From a virus (taxonomy: Duplodnaviria > Caudoviricetes), in IMG/VR virus record IMGVR_UViG_3300002026_000014, positions 16,724 to 80,723 of that record: a DNA stretch of 64,000 bases. The stretch is one strand, 5' to 3'. The translations under genes and the position numbers were made by a program. The notes beneath the pieces are model-generated. The model saw only the letters and a list, made by a program, of their open reading frames with translations. It had not been told where the DNA came from and did no database searches. Shown here in pieces: positions 20,171-30,625 of the stretch; the first letter of the stretch is position 1; the number at the start of each line of letters is the position of its first letter.

Positions 20171-20518
20171 TCAATAGCTGTCACCATATGACCTAGTTTG
20201 CCTAGTGTTCTCAGCATTCCATTTTTGCTGAAACGTCATACCAGTATTGTTAGAATTAACCGGTGCTTCAATTTTACATTTTTTCAGAACAAATTTATTG
20301 ATACAAAGTATGTTGAAATCTTCTTGTTCGGGATCAATACTGCCTTGGAGAAGATGATACATGCCATCTAATTTAATAGCTGTCAGTTTTTTATCTTTTC
20401 TAATACCGTCTATAACAACAATTGAGTTTTTATTAACAACCTCAATGTGACCCGAACTGCAAAGTTTTTCTAAACTATCGCAGTTATATTTATCCCCACG
20501 AAAACTAAAAGTAGCCAA
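20171..20518 (-). CDS. Hypothetical early protein (TTG start)
   Basis: AAAGGATTTAGC-TTG; lies downstream of promoter-like motif at 20623-20655. Confidence 0.7.
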   Translation of the reverse strand: MATFSFRGDKYNCDSLEKLCSSGHIEVVNKNSIVVIDGIRKDKKLTAIKLDGMYHLLQGSIDPEQEDFNILCINKFVLKKCKIEAPVNSNNTGMTFQQKWNAENTRQTRSYGDSY

Positions 20519-20622
20519 GCTAAATCCTTTATAAAAGTATTAATGAAACGCATGTTTGGAATGCATTCAATATTACATGGTTGATTATTTTTTAATCTAC
20601 ATGTATATCTATGTATATCCAT

Positions 20623-20655
20623 ATTAGTAATATGTGATTATTTTAATTTAGAATC
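20623..20655 (-). promoter_or_regulatory. Bipartite promoter-like motif copy
   Basis: Minus strand ATTCTAAA-N10-CACATATTAC. Confidence 0.6.
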
Positions 20656-20725
20656 AAAAAAAAAATAATGTTTTATGCATTTCACAGCACACGTATGTGC
20701 TGTGAAATGATATTTATTATTTTTA

Positions 20726-21520
20726 TTACTCGGTTTCTTTACCGCCGAGGTATGTGTAAGCCGCGTACCCAACCAAACCAACGGCAACTGCACCACCACC
20801 CCACAGCGTTACTTGTCCCCAAGTGGAGTCGAAGAAAGATTCCTCTTTCTTATTAGCTGTCACGAGTTGGTTTTTGCTTTGTTGCAACTCTGCAAGAATG
20901 CTGCTGTTGCGGGTGTCAGATACCTTAATAGCTTCCGCATTCTTGAGGATCTCTCCACGAAGTTCTGCAGCAGCAGCTTTTGCTTCAGCTGCAGCTTCTA
21001 CTGCTTTGCTTGCAGCTTTCGAAGCATCTTCAGCACTATTCGTCGCTCGGTTCGCAGCTGCATCCAAGGATGCACTGGCTTTATCGAGACCATCCATCCT
21101 CGACATCATTGCGTTAAACATGTCCTTTACGGACATTTCGGTTGCGGTTTCGTTTGCCATACTAGGCTCCTTTTGTTGAGTTGAATAAACAGGTAACTTC
21201 ACTAACACTTCTGTTTTCAACGTTACCGTATTGAAAACTGCCGAGAACATGAATCCGTCTTTTGCAGCGGCTTCCCGCAGCTTTAAGATTGTTGCGTTGT
21301 CCTCCGCTACTACTTCAAACAACAATGAAATTTCATTATCGTCTACAGTGACCGTGACAGGGGAATTAATACCCAAAATAACTTCGAGATCGACAATTAC
21401 TTGTTTATCTGACTCAGTTAAATTGATATTTTTTGCCATAAGTAAGCTGATAACTTCTAAAAGCTCACTTGTGAATTTGACTGCTTCCATAGTTAATCCT
21501 TGGATTACTAACTTAGTCAT
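20726..21520 (-). CDS. Coiled-coil protein with C-terminal membrane anchor; probable internal in-frame start at 21160
   Basis: Ala-rich coil, C-terminal WGQVTLWGGGAVAVGLVGYAAYTYLGG; AAGGAG before internal ATG. Confidence 0.75.
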   Translation of the reverse strand: MTKLVIQGLTMEAVKFTSELLEVISLLMAKNINLTESDKQVIVDLEVILGINSPVTVTVDDNEISLLFEVVAEDNATILKLREAAAKDGFMFSAVFNTVTLKTEVLVKLPVYSTQQKEPSMANETATEMSVKDMFNAMMSRMDGLDKASASLDAAANRATNSAEDASKAASKAVEAAAEAKAAAAELRGEILKNAEAIKVSDTRNSSILAELQQSKNQLVTANKKEESFFDSTWGQVTLWGGGAVAVGLVGYAAYTYLGGKETE

Positions 21521-21574
21521 TTAAAAGGAATGACATATAACCTAAAAGCAAGAGTATTAACTACTCTGTTTCAA

Positions 21575-21608
21575 TCTAATGATATATAACTGAAAAAATC
21601 TAGAATAC
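21575..21608 (-). promoter_or_regulatory. Bipartite promoter-like motif copy
   Basis: Minus strand ATTCTAGA-TTTTTTCAGT-TATATAT. Confidence 0.6.
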
Positions 21609-21610
21609 GA

Positions 21611-21669
21611 TTTTAAATCATATGTACCAATAGACCTTTTATGGATCTATTGGTACATATGATTTAAAA
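21611..21669. terminator. Long hairpin after protease gene
   Basis: TTTTAAATCATATGTACCAATAGA...TCTATTGGTACATATGATTTAAAA. Confidence 0.7.
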
Positions 21670-21674
21670 ATAAC

Positions 21675-22421
21675 TTACCATTTAACAAAATTAGGTTTCT
21701 CTAATTTGTTCCAACCGAGTATACTCAATAGATCGTCATTAAGTTGTTTAGTAGATTCCATTGTGATACCATCACCAGTTGGTATAGATGATTTCAATAT
21801 ATCTTCTTTTGTGAAAATAACATCTGTTCTAGATTCTAAAGTAGGACTTCTGTATTTTCTAGCTATACTTATACCAGGTTCAACGACGTGATCGAAAGAT
21901 ACAATTTGCCTAAGCATTCTGTGTTTGATTCCGGCCACTGTCATATCTTCAGTAAAAGCTCTAATTGAAAAACAAACGTCTTCCTTAGTGTTCTCTAGTG
22001 ATGCTGCTAATGATGGCCCCATGGGGCCGCTTGGTGCCACCTTAGCCATGATAGCTACAATAGGTCTACCCATCTCATCTTTGATAGAATTAAAATCTAA
22101 CCAGAGCTGAGAAAAATGTGAACACACTCTAGTCTCTTCAATAGCCATTACTCTATTAGCAAATGAATCCATTGATTGACCGACTGTGGGTTTTGGATGA
22201 CCCATTTCACCTTTAAGACATCCAGTGCTTACTCGCCTCATTAAACTACTGGAGTCTTGAAAAAGTTCTTTAGCTGCCTCATACGGATAAAAATCTCCAC
22301 TAGAGTTAAAAACATTGAGTCCACCTACTGGCATTGTATAATACCCGTCGGAGTCCTTTGGTAATCTACCTTGTTTACCAGTGCCGTTTAAGGCTGTACA
22401 TGAGAATTGAACTTGTTGCAT
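21675..22421 (-). CDS. Prohead maturation protease (phiKZ gp175-like)
   Basis: LKGEMGHP (catalytic His), CFSIRAFT (catalytic Ser), SFDHVVEPGI (Asp) motifs. Confidence 0.88.
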   Translation of the reverse strand: MQQVQFSCTALNGTGKQGRLPKDSDGYYTMPVGGLNVFNSSGDFYPYEAAKELFQDSSSLMRRVSTGCLKGEMGHPKPTVGQSMDSFANRVMAIEETRVCSHFSQLWLDFNSIKDEMGRPIVAIMAKVAPSGPMGPSLAASLENTKEDVCFSIRAFTEDMTVAGIKHRMLRQIVSFDHVVEPGISIARKYRSPTLESRTDVIFTKEDILKSSIPTGDGITMESTKQLNDDLLSILGWNKLEKPNFVKW

Positions 22422-22423
22422 GT

Positions 22424-23755
22424 TTACACCTTATTAAAATCAGAATAATCTTTTCGCCGAGCTTTAATACTAGCGTCACAATATTCCTTGATTTTCACTG
22501 TTGTTTGATTTTTGTATTGCCAATAACCAACTTCGATATTTTTCAAAGCATTTAATGATTGCTTGGCTTTTGTAAACTTTTCTCTATTAGCTTTATACTC
22601 TTCTTCGCTCTCAGATGCATTAGAGCTTGATAGCTTTTCTATTTCTTTTAATTTTTCATTAATACTTTTCAAAACTTTCGATGCTAACATGTGAGTGTTT
22701 CTACCGTCACTCTCTAGATCATATTTAAGTTTAGTTAAATACGTTTTAATTTCACCTATAGTTAACACATCTATTTCTTCGATGTCATAGGTGTAATTAA
22801 TTCTCTCTACGCCAGCATTAACCTGTAAAGTCTCAGTAGTATCTTTTGTACTGTGAATACTAGTTCCTTCAATTTTCCAAATAAAACCTTTCTTGAAAGA
22901 AAGTGGAACTACTTTAGCTACAGTGGTAGAGAACGGTACTTTACCTTTAAAAAATTCTTTTTGTTCCAATGTAAATGGATGTTTAAATTCAATGGAACCG
23001 TGGCTAATACTTATATCTAAATCAGAATTGCTATGTTTTATTATATCTAAAATTGAAGAATCGATATCTTTCAAATCCTCAATGTAGGTAATAATATCTT
23101 TTTTATTATTACCCAAATAAGAACCAAAATTACCTACATGCATTGTAAGTGGTTTATTGATATCATATTCACTTGGACTGCTATCTTCAGTGGATATATT
23201 TTTCTTTAATGTGGAACTTACATGTTCATTTAATTCATCTAAATCTTTTAATGACTTATTTAGACCGTTGTATATTGATTTTGTAAAATCAAATACTTTA
23301 TTAAAGAAATTTTTAATCCATTCTAGAATCGTATTAAATGCTTTTTTAATAGCTTCCCATGCTGCTTTAGCAAATTCTTTAATACCTTCAATAGCTAATT
23401 TAGTACCTTCAACTTTAGTCATTGTACCACCAAAAGCTTCCATTGCTGGCATAGCTTTCTTAGTGTAGTTCATTCTTTTACAAAAATGCTCTATAGCTAT
23501 CGATATCAATTTAGCATCAGTTTGTCCAATACTACCGTGATCAATTACAATTTTGTTAATTGACTCCATTGTAGTAATTATTTCATCTGTTTCATCAATA
23601 GTGTCTGATAAATCAGTAATATCTTTTTCATCAGTTTCTAAATAATTATCTTGGAGAACATCTTCTGGATTACTGATATCAGCGATATCTATTAATTCAT
23701 CTTCTTCTGTTATTTCTTCAAATGATAAAAATATTTTTCTATTAGACATTTTCAC
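22424..23755 (-). CDS. Internal head/ejection protein with acidic propeptide
   Basis: Acidic N-terminus, S/A/G-x-E protease sites (TMES, AMEA, AIEG), WEAIKKAFNTILEWIKNFF amphipathic helix. Confidence 0.7.
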   Translation of the reverse strand: MKMSNRKIFLSFEEITEEDELIDIADISNPEDVLQDNYLETDEKDITDLSDTIDETDEIITTMESINKIVIDHGSIGQTDAKLISIAIEHFCKRMNYTKKAMPAMEAFGGTMTKVEGTKLAIEGIKEFAKAAWEAIKKAFNTILEWIKNFFNKVFDFTKSIYNGLNKSLKDLDELNEHVSSTLKKNISTEDSSPSEYDINKPLTMHVGNFGSYLGNNKKDIITYIEDLKDIDSSILDIIKHSNSDLDISISHGSIEFKHPFTLEQKEFFKGKVPFSTTVAKVVPLSFKKGFIWKIEGTSIHSTKDTTETLQVNAGVERINYTYDIEEIDVLTIGEIKTYLTKLKYDLESDGRNTHMLASKVLKSINEKLKEIEKLSSSNASESEEEYKANREKFTKAKQSLNALKNIEVGYWQYKNQTTVKIKEYCDASIKARRKDYSDFNKV

Positions 23756-24495
23756 TATCCTCTTAATATTGATTCGATTCGTTCTTCTCTAGAAGATACG
23801 TTGACGAGTGATGCTACAATTCCAGAGCTCATATAGCTACCACCTAATCTGTTAGTTGTATTAGTGGCAGAATACACTACGCTTTTTAATCCAATAAATA
23901 CGGGATCTTTTTTCTTTAGATCACTAGTGGATTCCAAAACAGTTCTATAATATTTAGTTCTGTCAGTAGGATCTCGTGCTAGTAATGAAGCAATGAGTTC
24001 GGTGACTTCTTTGTTTTCACCAATATTTGCACCTGCATGATATTTCGCGGAATCAAACATTTTACCTAAATCTTCATAATTAATATACCATGGAATATTC
24101 CCATTAGAGAAAATCTCATCGTAAATTTTATATGTCAATATGTCTGTCTTCACTAAATTCACTGATTTAAATACAGTGCTACCTGGATTAAAAACAAATT
24201 CAAAATACTGATCTTCATTTATTTTAATTCTATTTATTGTACTAGGATCAATATTAATCATTGCATTAATCGTAGATACTCCGTAATAAGTATCGTCTAG
24301 TATAATAGCATAAATACCGATAATATTGTTATCTAATCCAATATAAGCCAGATCCCTTTCTACGAATCTAGTGGGTATCTGTATTTTTATTTCTTTTTTT
24401 GTAATCAATCGTCCATCTGGTAATTCTACCAAACACTCTTTAACTTTCTCGGGATCCCTTACTAATTTTTTAATATCCATTATATTCTTTCTCAT
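23755..24495 (-). CDS. Conserved protein, phiKZ gp176-like
   Basis: GNIPWYINYEDL, KYHAG, ARDPTDRTKYYR, TNRLGGSY motifs; gene order. Confidence 0.7.
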   Translation of the reverse strand: MRKNIMDIKKLVRDPEKVKECLVELPDGRLITKKEIKIQIPTRFVERDLAYIGLDNNIIGIYAIILDDTYYGVSTINAMINIDPSTINRIKINEDQYFEFVFNPGSTVFKSVNLVKTDILTYKIYDEIFSNGNIPWYINYEDLGKMFDSAKYHAGANIGENKEVTELIASLLARDPTDRTKYYRTVLESTSDLKKKDPVFIGLKSVVYSATNTTNRLGGSYMSSGIVASLVNVSSREERIESILRG

Positions 24496-24533
24496 CTAAA
24501 CAAGGTGTGTTTAATACCTTGTTTAGATGTGTG

Positions 24534-25976
24534 TTAAATACTAGTGAGTTTCATTTGATCACAAACATAATCTGTCACGTATGCAATAGTCGAAATCAGT
24601 GCAGCTTCACGCACGTGTATATCAACGTTATCTGCGCACGCTTTCTCAATACCTGATAAAATCTTACCAGCGTCAGTGTAGTAAAATACACATCTGCAAA
24701 TAGTATCCTGTGCTAATTTCCAAAGATTTTTAAAATCATTTTCATTTAAAGTAATTAGAAAATCTTCTAAATTTTTCTGGAATTGCAAATACTCAGGCAT
24801 GTTAGAATCAACTACACCACCTTCTCTTAAATGAGCAAAGCATTGTGCGTAATTATCAGCTACTAATTTCAGACATCTGTTTTTCAAAATATCTTTATAA
24901 TGAACAAAGCGTTTATTTTTCTCTGCTACTGTAAGCATCCAATTTTGACGCTCCCATGCAGCTAGAAAATCACCTTTTTTATTATTGATATCAGTAACAA
25001 ATTTTTCAGGTGAAGAAGATAACATGCTTCCAAACAATACAGCGTTATTACCGCCTTCTTCCATCCATTTACGATAAGCGTCACCTACGACTACAATTTT
25101 ATTATTAACTGCACTCTTAATGAGTAGACCAGTTGTTTTAAATCTAACGTACTCGTCGTAAGCGTGCACTAACCTTAAAGCGGCCTGATTTCTGATTTCA
25201 GCTACTTGTTTATTAAAAGTGTTTAAAGATTGTTTAGTTCCATCAATTGGGTTATCGTAAAGTTTTGATGCTAATAAATAAACAGCGATTGCGGCGTCAA
25301 CACCTTCATCGTTATCTTTTATCAAACTTTCAAATCTTTGTTCAGTGGGGGCGTTTGTAAAAACACAATCCCAGATATGTTGAAAAAATGAATCACCTTT
25401 TTTAGCTACCCAAGTTGTAATAGCCTTATCAGTCACTGAATGACCGGTTAACATTCTTTCAACTATTTCGGTAGCTGATAAACCAGGTAATGATAAATAT
25501 GTATTGATTGGTAAATATTCTACATTTTTATAATCCATGATAGTATCTTCAAAAGAAGAAATAGTCATGGGTTCTGGTAAATCGGAAATAATGACTTCAG
25601 CGCTATATTGAGCGTTTAAAGGTAATGCTTCGATGTCGGCTTTTACCTCCAGAACCAATTCTTCAATGAGTGGCCTGACTGTATTTTTAGCAAAATTTAA
25701 ATGAGACTGAACATGTACAGCTATGTCTTCAGCTAATGCTTGTTCTGTGGTAGTGTGGATAGATCCACTAGAGTCACCCCAGTTATTAGATTGATCATAA
25801 ATCTGTTTTTCACTTGGGTCATAACTCGTAGTACCTACAACGCTAGTTGTGGTAAATGCAAAGCATTCATTGAGTTTAGCTAAAGGTGTCCCAGGAACCG
25901 CTTCTAGCATTAATTGTCTTTTATCAAATTCTTGAGCTACGCCGATAGCTGCTATGGCTGCAGTTACTCCGATCAT
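24534..25976 (-). CDS. Conserved virion protein, phiKZ gp177-like
   Basis: 480 aa upstream of gp176-like and downstream of RNAP beta; HLNFAKNTVRP motif. Confidence 0.65.
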   Translation of the reverse strand: MIGVTAAIAAIGVAQEFDKRQLMLEAVPGTPLAKLNECFAFTTTSVVGTTSYDPSEKQIYDQSNNWGDSSGSIHTTTEQALAEDIAVHVQSHLNFAKNTVRPLIEELVLEVKADIEALPLNAQYSAEVIISDLPEPMTISSFEDTIMDYKNVEYLPINTYLSLPGLSATEIVERMLTGHSVTDKAITTWVAKKGDSFFQHIWDCVFTNAPTEQRFESLIKDNDEGVDAAIAVYLLASKLYDNPIDGTKQSLNTFNKQVAEIRNQAALRLVHAYDEYVRFKTTGLLIKSAVNNKIVVVGDAYRKWMEEGGNNAVLFGSMLSSSPEKFVTDINNKKGDFLAAWERQNWMLTVAEKNKRFVHYKDILKNRCLKLVADNYAQCFAHLREGGVVDSNMPEYLQFQKNLEDFLITLNENDFKNLWKLAQDTICRCVFYYTDAGKILSGIEKACADNVDIHVREAALISTIAYVTDYVCDQMKLTSI

Positions 25977-26176
25977 GATTGTACACCTTGACTAGTAAAG
26001 TTGGAGAAATTCTTATTAATTTGACTACCAATAATATCATGTAAAGCGGCTCTTGATAATTCAGAACCGTTGAGTGTATTAGCGATCTCATTACCTGCAA
26101 TCTTCTCAATAATTGCAGATGCCAAACAAATAGCATTACTGACAGTAAGCACTGTCCTTTCTGATTTTAAATGCAC
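25973..26176 (-). CDS. Small hypothetical protein
   Basis: 67 aa, stop overlaps start of next gene (ATGA coupling). Confidence 0.45.
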   Translation of the reverse strand: MHLKSERTVLTVSNAICLASAIIEKIAGNEIANTLNGSELSRAALHDIIGSQINKNFSNFTSQGVQS

Positions 26177-26292
26177 GATTAATCCTTATAAAATAAATTT
26201 GGGAGTATCTCATCTGTCATACTTTTACTCAAAGTATTGGCAGATGAGATTACTTATATTGCTGTTAAATAATCAATTTTTTATTTTTTAAG

Positions 26293-29200
26293 TTAAGACC
26301 TGTATATTTTTATAGCTTTTTTAGCTATCACATTCAAAAGAGTTGTAGTGGTTCCAATAATGTAAGGTGAATTAACCACCCGAGCAGTAATTGACTGCGA
26401 ACCAAAAATAGCATCTAACACAGTGCCATCTTCAGTCACGTAATCTTGATCGAGTATGTTACCTGTTACACTTTTCATCTGATTCACAAACACAACTTTA
26501 TCACCAGTAGATGCTGGTACATTGGTAGTGATGTAAACCCTTATTGCTGCGCAATCTAACCCTAAAGGATCATTCTCAATTCTAAATCCGCCATCGACAC
26601 TTCCTGTAAATGGTTTTCTATTTAAATTGTCTGCTGATTTTTTAAGATTTCTATTTCCAAAATTTACTACATCTAACAAAGATTCAGACATGTCTTCTTT
26701 GTCACCGTTGTAAAAGATTTCTACTTTTTCAACGATTCCTTTAGTGTGTGCTCTAGGTGTTTGTGCACCTACCGCTTTTAAAGTGTCTAATGTTTGTTCA
26801 TCAAATAGTTTATTTGTAGATGTGATTGAATCTTCGATAATGCATAACACATCATCGGATTCCAGTGAATCTCCAACTTTAACTAATTTACTTATTGACT
26901 GATCGAATCTAATCAATATTGTTTTAACCTTAGTTATTCTAGTCATTAGTTTATCAGCTATTCTGGTAGATAGAGCTGATGAATCGTCTAATGTTTGATG
27001 ACTTTCCCAAAGCACTGTTTTTACATTAGTAGAATTTTTAAAGATGACTCTTTTTCTATTAAATAAATCAGGCTCGAAGAACCCTTCATTATAACAGATG
27101 CAATCACCTAATTCTATTCTATCACCTGTTTTTAATTTAGTCACAACTGAATGCGGTATAGTAAGTCCAGCAGCATTGCCAAATCTTCTACCTAATTCAT
27201 AACCTGTAACTTCCTTATCATCATACTCTACTATAATTCCATTCTCATTAATAGATTTCACGGTGCCGGGTTTCTTTGCAGTCATTGCAAATAAATCACC
27301 AGACCTCTGAGGAACTATCTGTTCATAACCTGTTCTAACACTTGGCTGGTGATAACCTGCACAAGCTATTGAGTGCTCTTGTTGTATGGCTACGAAATTC
27401 ACCCGTTTTGGATCATCTCTATCCGAGCCTGGTGCCAATAATGCACTGGTCGATAATAGTGCAGTAGCGCCGGTCTTATTAAAATCGTACTCTTTAGAAA
27501 TGCCTCTAAGAGAATTGAATTGTGGATCAGCACTAGTGAAAACGTTAATAGCTACATCTGAAGAATCTACTGTAGACTCTGATATAGTACCCATATCGTT
27601 TTTATGATAAGCGCGGGTATGCGCAGTCATGCTACGTTTATTTCTACCGCCTGTACCTGCAAACGTCACAGCTTCAGTTTCCTTTAATGCTTTAATTGGA
27701 TTTATTTCATTGACCTGTGATTTACTAGGATCTTCTGAAATTCTCTTCCATACTGCATAAGGATTCATTTCGATAGGTTGATTTGATTTACCTAATTTTC
27801 CGTTATGTACACGAATAGCTTGTACAAGCTCCGTATAAACAGCGCCAGATAATCTTTCATATCCTTTAATACGCATATATTTAGGATCTAACTCGTCTGG
27901 ATGTTGATCATCTAAAAGCATTTCACATGCTCTAAATAAGAGACCCTGAAATGTAACCGGTTCTTTCATTTCAATGAGTAAATCTTTAGTGATATTATCG
28001 ATGAACATATTGTACATCAAATCTATCTCTCTAAGATATCTCACACCTAAATTAGCTGTATCTAAAAGATTTAAATATACGCCTTTTTTATCAAAGCTAT
28101 AAACACTGAAAAGTTTAATTGCTCTATGGTATTCGTTAAATCCAGATAAAATAATACTGGCTAATCTATCATCCCTAGAGAAAATAAGTGTTTCATCACT
28201 AAATGCTAAAGCGTATTCATTTGCTTCTAAATTTAATCTATTGCCGGCGTTGACTCTTCTAGGTGTTACTTTTAATAATTTAATCAGATTATCTAATCCA
28301 ATTTTATAACCTAAGATAACACCCATGGGAATTTCTTTACCAAACACCACTAGGTCGACATACTCCACTGGAGCATTTTGTAATGCAACTCCTAAGAATT
28401 GTTCAAATACCCCAAAAAGTTTGAGTTCGGTATCGTCAGTGGTGTAGATTGTACCGTTTACATCCAGAACTAAATAAGTGCCATTTGCACTAGACCCTAT
28501 TACAATTGAGCCATCTTTTTCAAAATGATTTAACACACTTTCAGGATAATTACTCAGCACATCTTTTCTATTAAACAGTAAAGTGAAACCTCTACACTTT
28601 ATAGATTTGAATGACATCGATAAAGCAGTGTAAGCTCTAGGCGCTTTTAAAGTATTATCGAATGTATTAGCTGGCGCAATTTCAGTGATGTCTAAATCTT
28701 CTTTATCCAGACCTTTTTCCATTACACAATTTTGTAACCAATGACCGTAGTCGTCTGATTTTTTTCTACCTCTATTAATAAATACTTTACCGTAGTAACT
28801 AGTAAGTGCTACCCGGTTATAATTAGTTTTACGAATTGGTAGATCGGATTTTTGCTTACGAAGAGTGTACTTAATTCCGTTACTTTCAAACGAACCGCCT
28901 GCATTTATTACAGGTAATTTAAACCTAAGCGTTGACGCTAACCCTTCAACAGGTGATAATTTAATAGTGTGCATTTCAAAGCCACCTAAAATGTCTTCGA
29001 CTGTTTCCACCTTATAATTAGTCACTGCGATACCAGCTCTTTGAACAGACATCACTGCGTTAGCTGTATCTTTTGCTAAAATGTTTTTAATATATCTGCT
29101 ATCAAAATCTATAAGACTAGATTTCAACATTGTCTTATCTAGAACAGATTCATTATCTATCATTGTTGAAGATTCTTTTATACTTAAATCTTCTGGTTTA

Positions 29201-30621
29201 ATTTTAATAAATTCATTCAGTGGAGTTATCCCATCTGGTGAAATTATTTGTTTATAACTATTAGCTAACTTATTAAACCTTCTGTATTCACCAGCAGTCA
29301 ATAATCCTTCATCTGCTAGACCATCGCATATATTAATAATACTATCTTCTAGAGATATTTCTGGTTCATCGATGATATCTTTAATACTAACCGTACTTAT
29401 ATTTTTATCTTGTTCTTGTTTTAAAACAATATCATTAAGTGTAGTTAACTCTTTATCGAGTTGATCATCTTCATTTTTTATTTTCTCTTTAACAAGTTCG
29501 TCATCAATATTCAGATATTCTTCATCATCTGCGGATAACACTTGTTGATCATCTTTACGCCTTGTTTGATCGATATCTTGTATTAGCTCTTCTTTTATTT
29601 CAACGGATTCTTCGACATCATCATGCGTTTGAATGTCATCACCAATCAATGTATCGTCAGTAGATTCGACAGGTATTACGTTACCGGTTAATACTGATAC
29701 AGTGTTTTCCACTACTTCAGGTTTAATCTCTATATTAGAAGTTACTGTCTTTAACTCCATAATAGACATAAACATTCTTAACAAACGTTTTTGAATTTGT
29801 TCAAAAGATAATTGTAATTTCGATTCAATTACACAACCTTCATTACTTTCATTTTCGCCTGATTTTCTAAAGCTATTTAAAACACCTAAATTAAGAATGC
29901 ACCACTTTCCACTTTCAATATAGATTATGTTAATTAGATGCAATTTATTATTAGGTATTTTCGCAAATATACTCTTAGATCTATCGTTGCTCAACCACTT
30001 CCATAACTCAAGTAAAGTGTACGCTTCATTTGAGTTAAAAACTTTCAGTAATGCTTGATTTATTTCAATGTTGCTAGCTAAATTTAATTGAGTTAGACTA
30101 GGAATAATCTTTGGACAACCGCTTAATAAAAAATGTTGATTGTCTGATTCATTTGATACATTTACTATATTAGTAATAACTGCTGAAAAAGTGTTATACC
30201 ATTTAAAATATTCAGTGAAAAAACTTCTAATGTATTTATATGTTTTATTAATAAAACAATAATTATATACAATGATTGCAGTAGGATCTTTACTAGCTAT
30301 TTGTATATTTCTAAGAGGTCTCATCCTTCTATGTTGATTATGATAATCTCTAATTAAACCGTTTACATTTAAAGCTTGTTTTCTAGGATTACCTAATTGA
30401 GAATCAATGTCCACAATGTGGCCAACTAAAATAGGTTTTTTTGTATTCCTAAACAAATAATCGTCACTTGGTGGACCACTCTCTACTCCGTCAAACGTGA
30501 CATAATGGTATATTGACTTCATGGGAAGATCTAAATCCATCATCTCAAAAGTAGGCGGAGTCATTATTTGTTGTAATAATCTAATTCCGTATTTTCTATA
30601 AAATAATTGATATGTAAACAT
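26293..30621 (-). CDS. Virion RNA polymerase beta-like subunit (phiKZ gp178-like)
   Basis: VALTSYYGK, RMRIKGYER-like, ETEAVTFAGTGGR, STVDSSDV, SDRDDPKRVNF, GDKVVFVNQMK motifs. Confidence 0.92.
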   Translation of the reverse strand: MFTYQLFYRKYGIRLLQQIMTPPTFEMMDLDLPMKSIYHYVTFDGVESGPPSDDYLFRNTKKPILVGHIVDIDSQLGNPRKQALNVNGLIRDYHNQHRRMRPLRNIQIASKDPTAIIVYNYCFINKTYKYIRSFFTEYFKWYNTFSAVITNIVNVSNESDNQHFLLSGCPKIIPSLTQLNLASNIEINQALLKVFNSNEAYTLLELWKWLSNDRSKSIFAKIPNNKLHLINIIYIESGKWCILNLGVLNSFRKSGENESNEGCVIESKLQLSFEQIQKRLLRMFMSIMELKTVTSNIEIKPEVVENTVSVLTGNVIPVESTDDTLIGDDIQTHDDVEESVEIKEELIQDIDQTRRKDDQQVLSADDEEYLNIDDELVKEKIKNEDDQLDKELTTLNDIVLKQEQDKNISTVSIKDIIDEPEISLEDSIINICDGLADEGLLTAGEYRRFNKLANSYKQIISPDGITPLNEFIKIKPEDLSIKESSTMIDNESVLDKTMLKSSLIDFDSRYIKNILAKDTANAVMSVQRAGIAVTNYKVETVEDILGGFEMHTIKLSPVEGLASTLRFKLPVINAGGSFESNGIKYTLRKQKSDLPIRKTNYNRVALTSYYGKVFINRGRKKSDDYGHWLQNCVMEKGLDKEDLDITEIAPANTFDNTLKAPRAYTALSMSFKSIKCRGFTLLFNRKDVLSNYPESVLNHFEKDGSIVIGSSANGTYLVLDVNGTIYTTDDTELKLFGVFEQFLGVALQNAPVEYVDLVVFGKEIPMGVILGYKIGLDNLIKLLKVTPRRVNAGNRLNLEANEYALAFSDETLIFSRDDRLASIILSGFNEYHRAIKLFSVYSFDKKGVYLNLLDTANLGVRYLREIDLMYNMFIDNITKDLLIEMKEPVTFQGLLFRACEMLLDDQHPDELDPKYMRIKGYERLSGAVYTELVQAIRVHNGKLGKSNQPIEMNPYAVWKRISEDPSKSQVNEINPIKALKETEAVTFAGTGGRNKRSMTAHTRAYHKNDMGTISESTVDSSDVAINVFTSADPQFNSLRGISKEYDFNKTGATALLSTSALLAPGSDRDDPKRVNFVAIQQEHSIACAGYHQPSVRTGYEQIVPQRSGDLFAMTAKKPGTVKSINENGIIVEYDDKEVTGYELGRRFGNAAGLTIPHSVVTKLKTGDRIELGDCICYNEGFFEPDLFNRKRVIFKNSTNVKTVLWESHQTLDDSSALSTRIADKLMTRITKVKTILIRFDQSISKLVKVGDSLESDDVLCIIEDSITSTNKLFDEQTLDTLKAVGAQTPRAHTKGIVEKVEIFYNGDKEDMSESLLDVVNFGNRNLKKSADNLNRKPFTGSVDGGFRIENDPLGLDCAAIRVYITTNVPASTGDKVVFVNQMKSVTGNILDQDYVTEDGTVLDAIFGSQSITARVVNSPYIIGTTTTLLNVIAKKAIKIYRS

Positions 30622-30625
30622 AATT

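Noticed and set aside
20668-21524. Several + strand ORFs over 20726..21520
   Set aside because: Shadows from GC-rich antisense sequence; the SD and promoter-like motif support the minus-strand gene.
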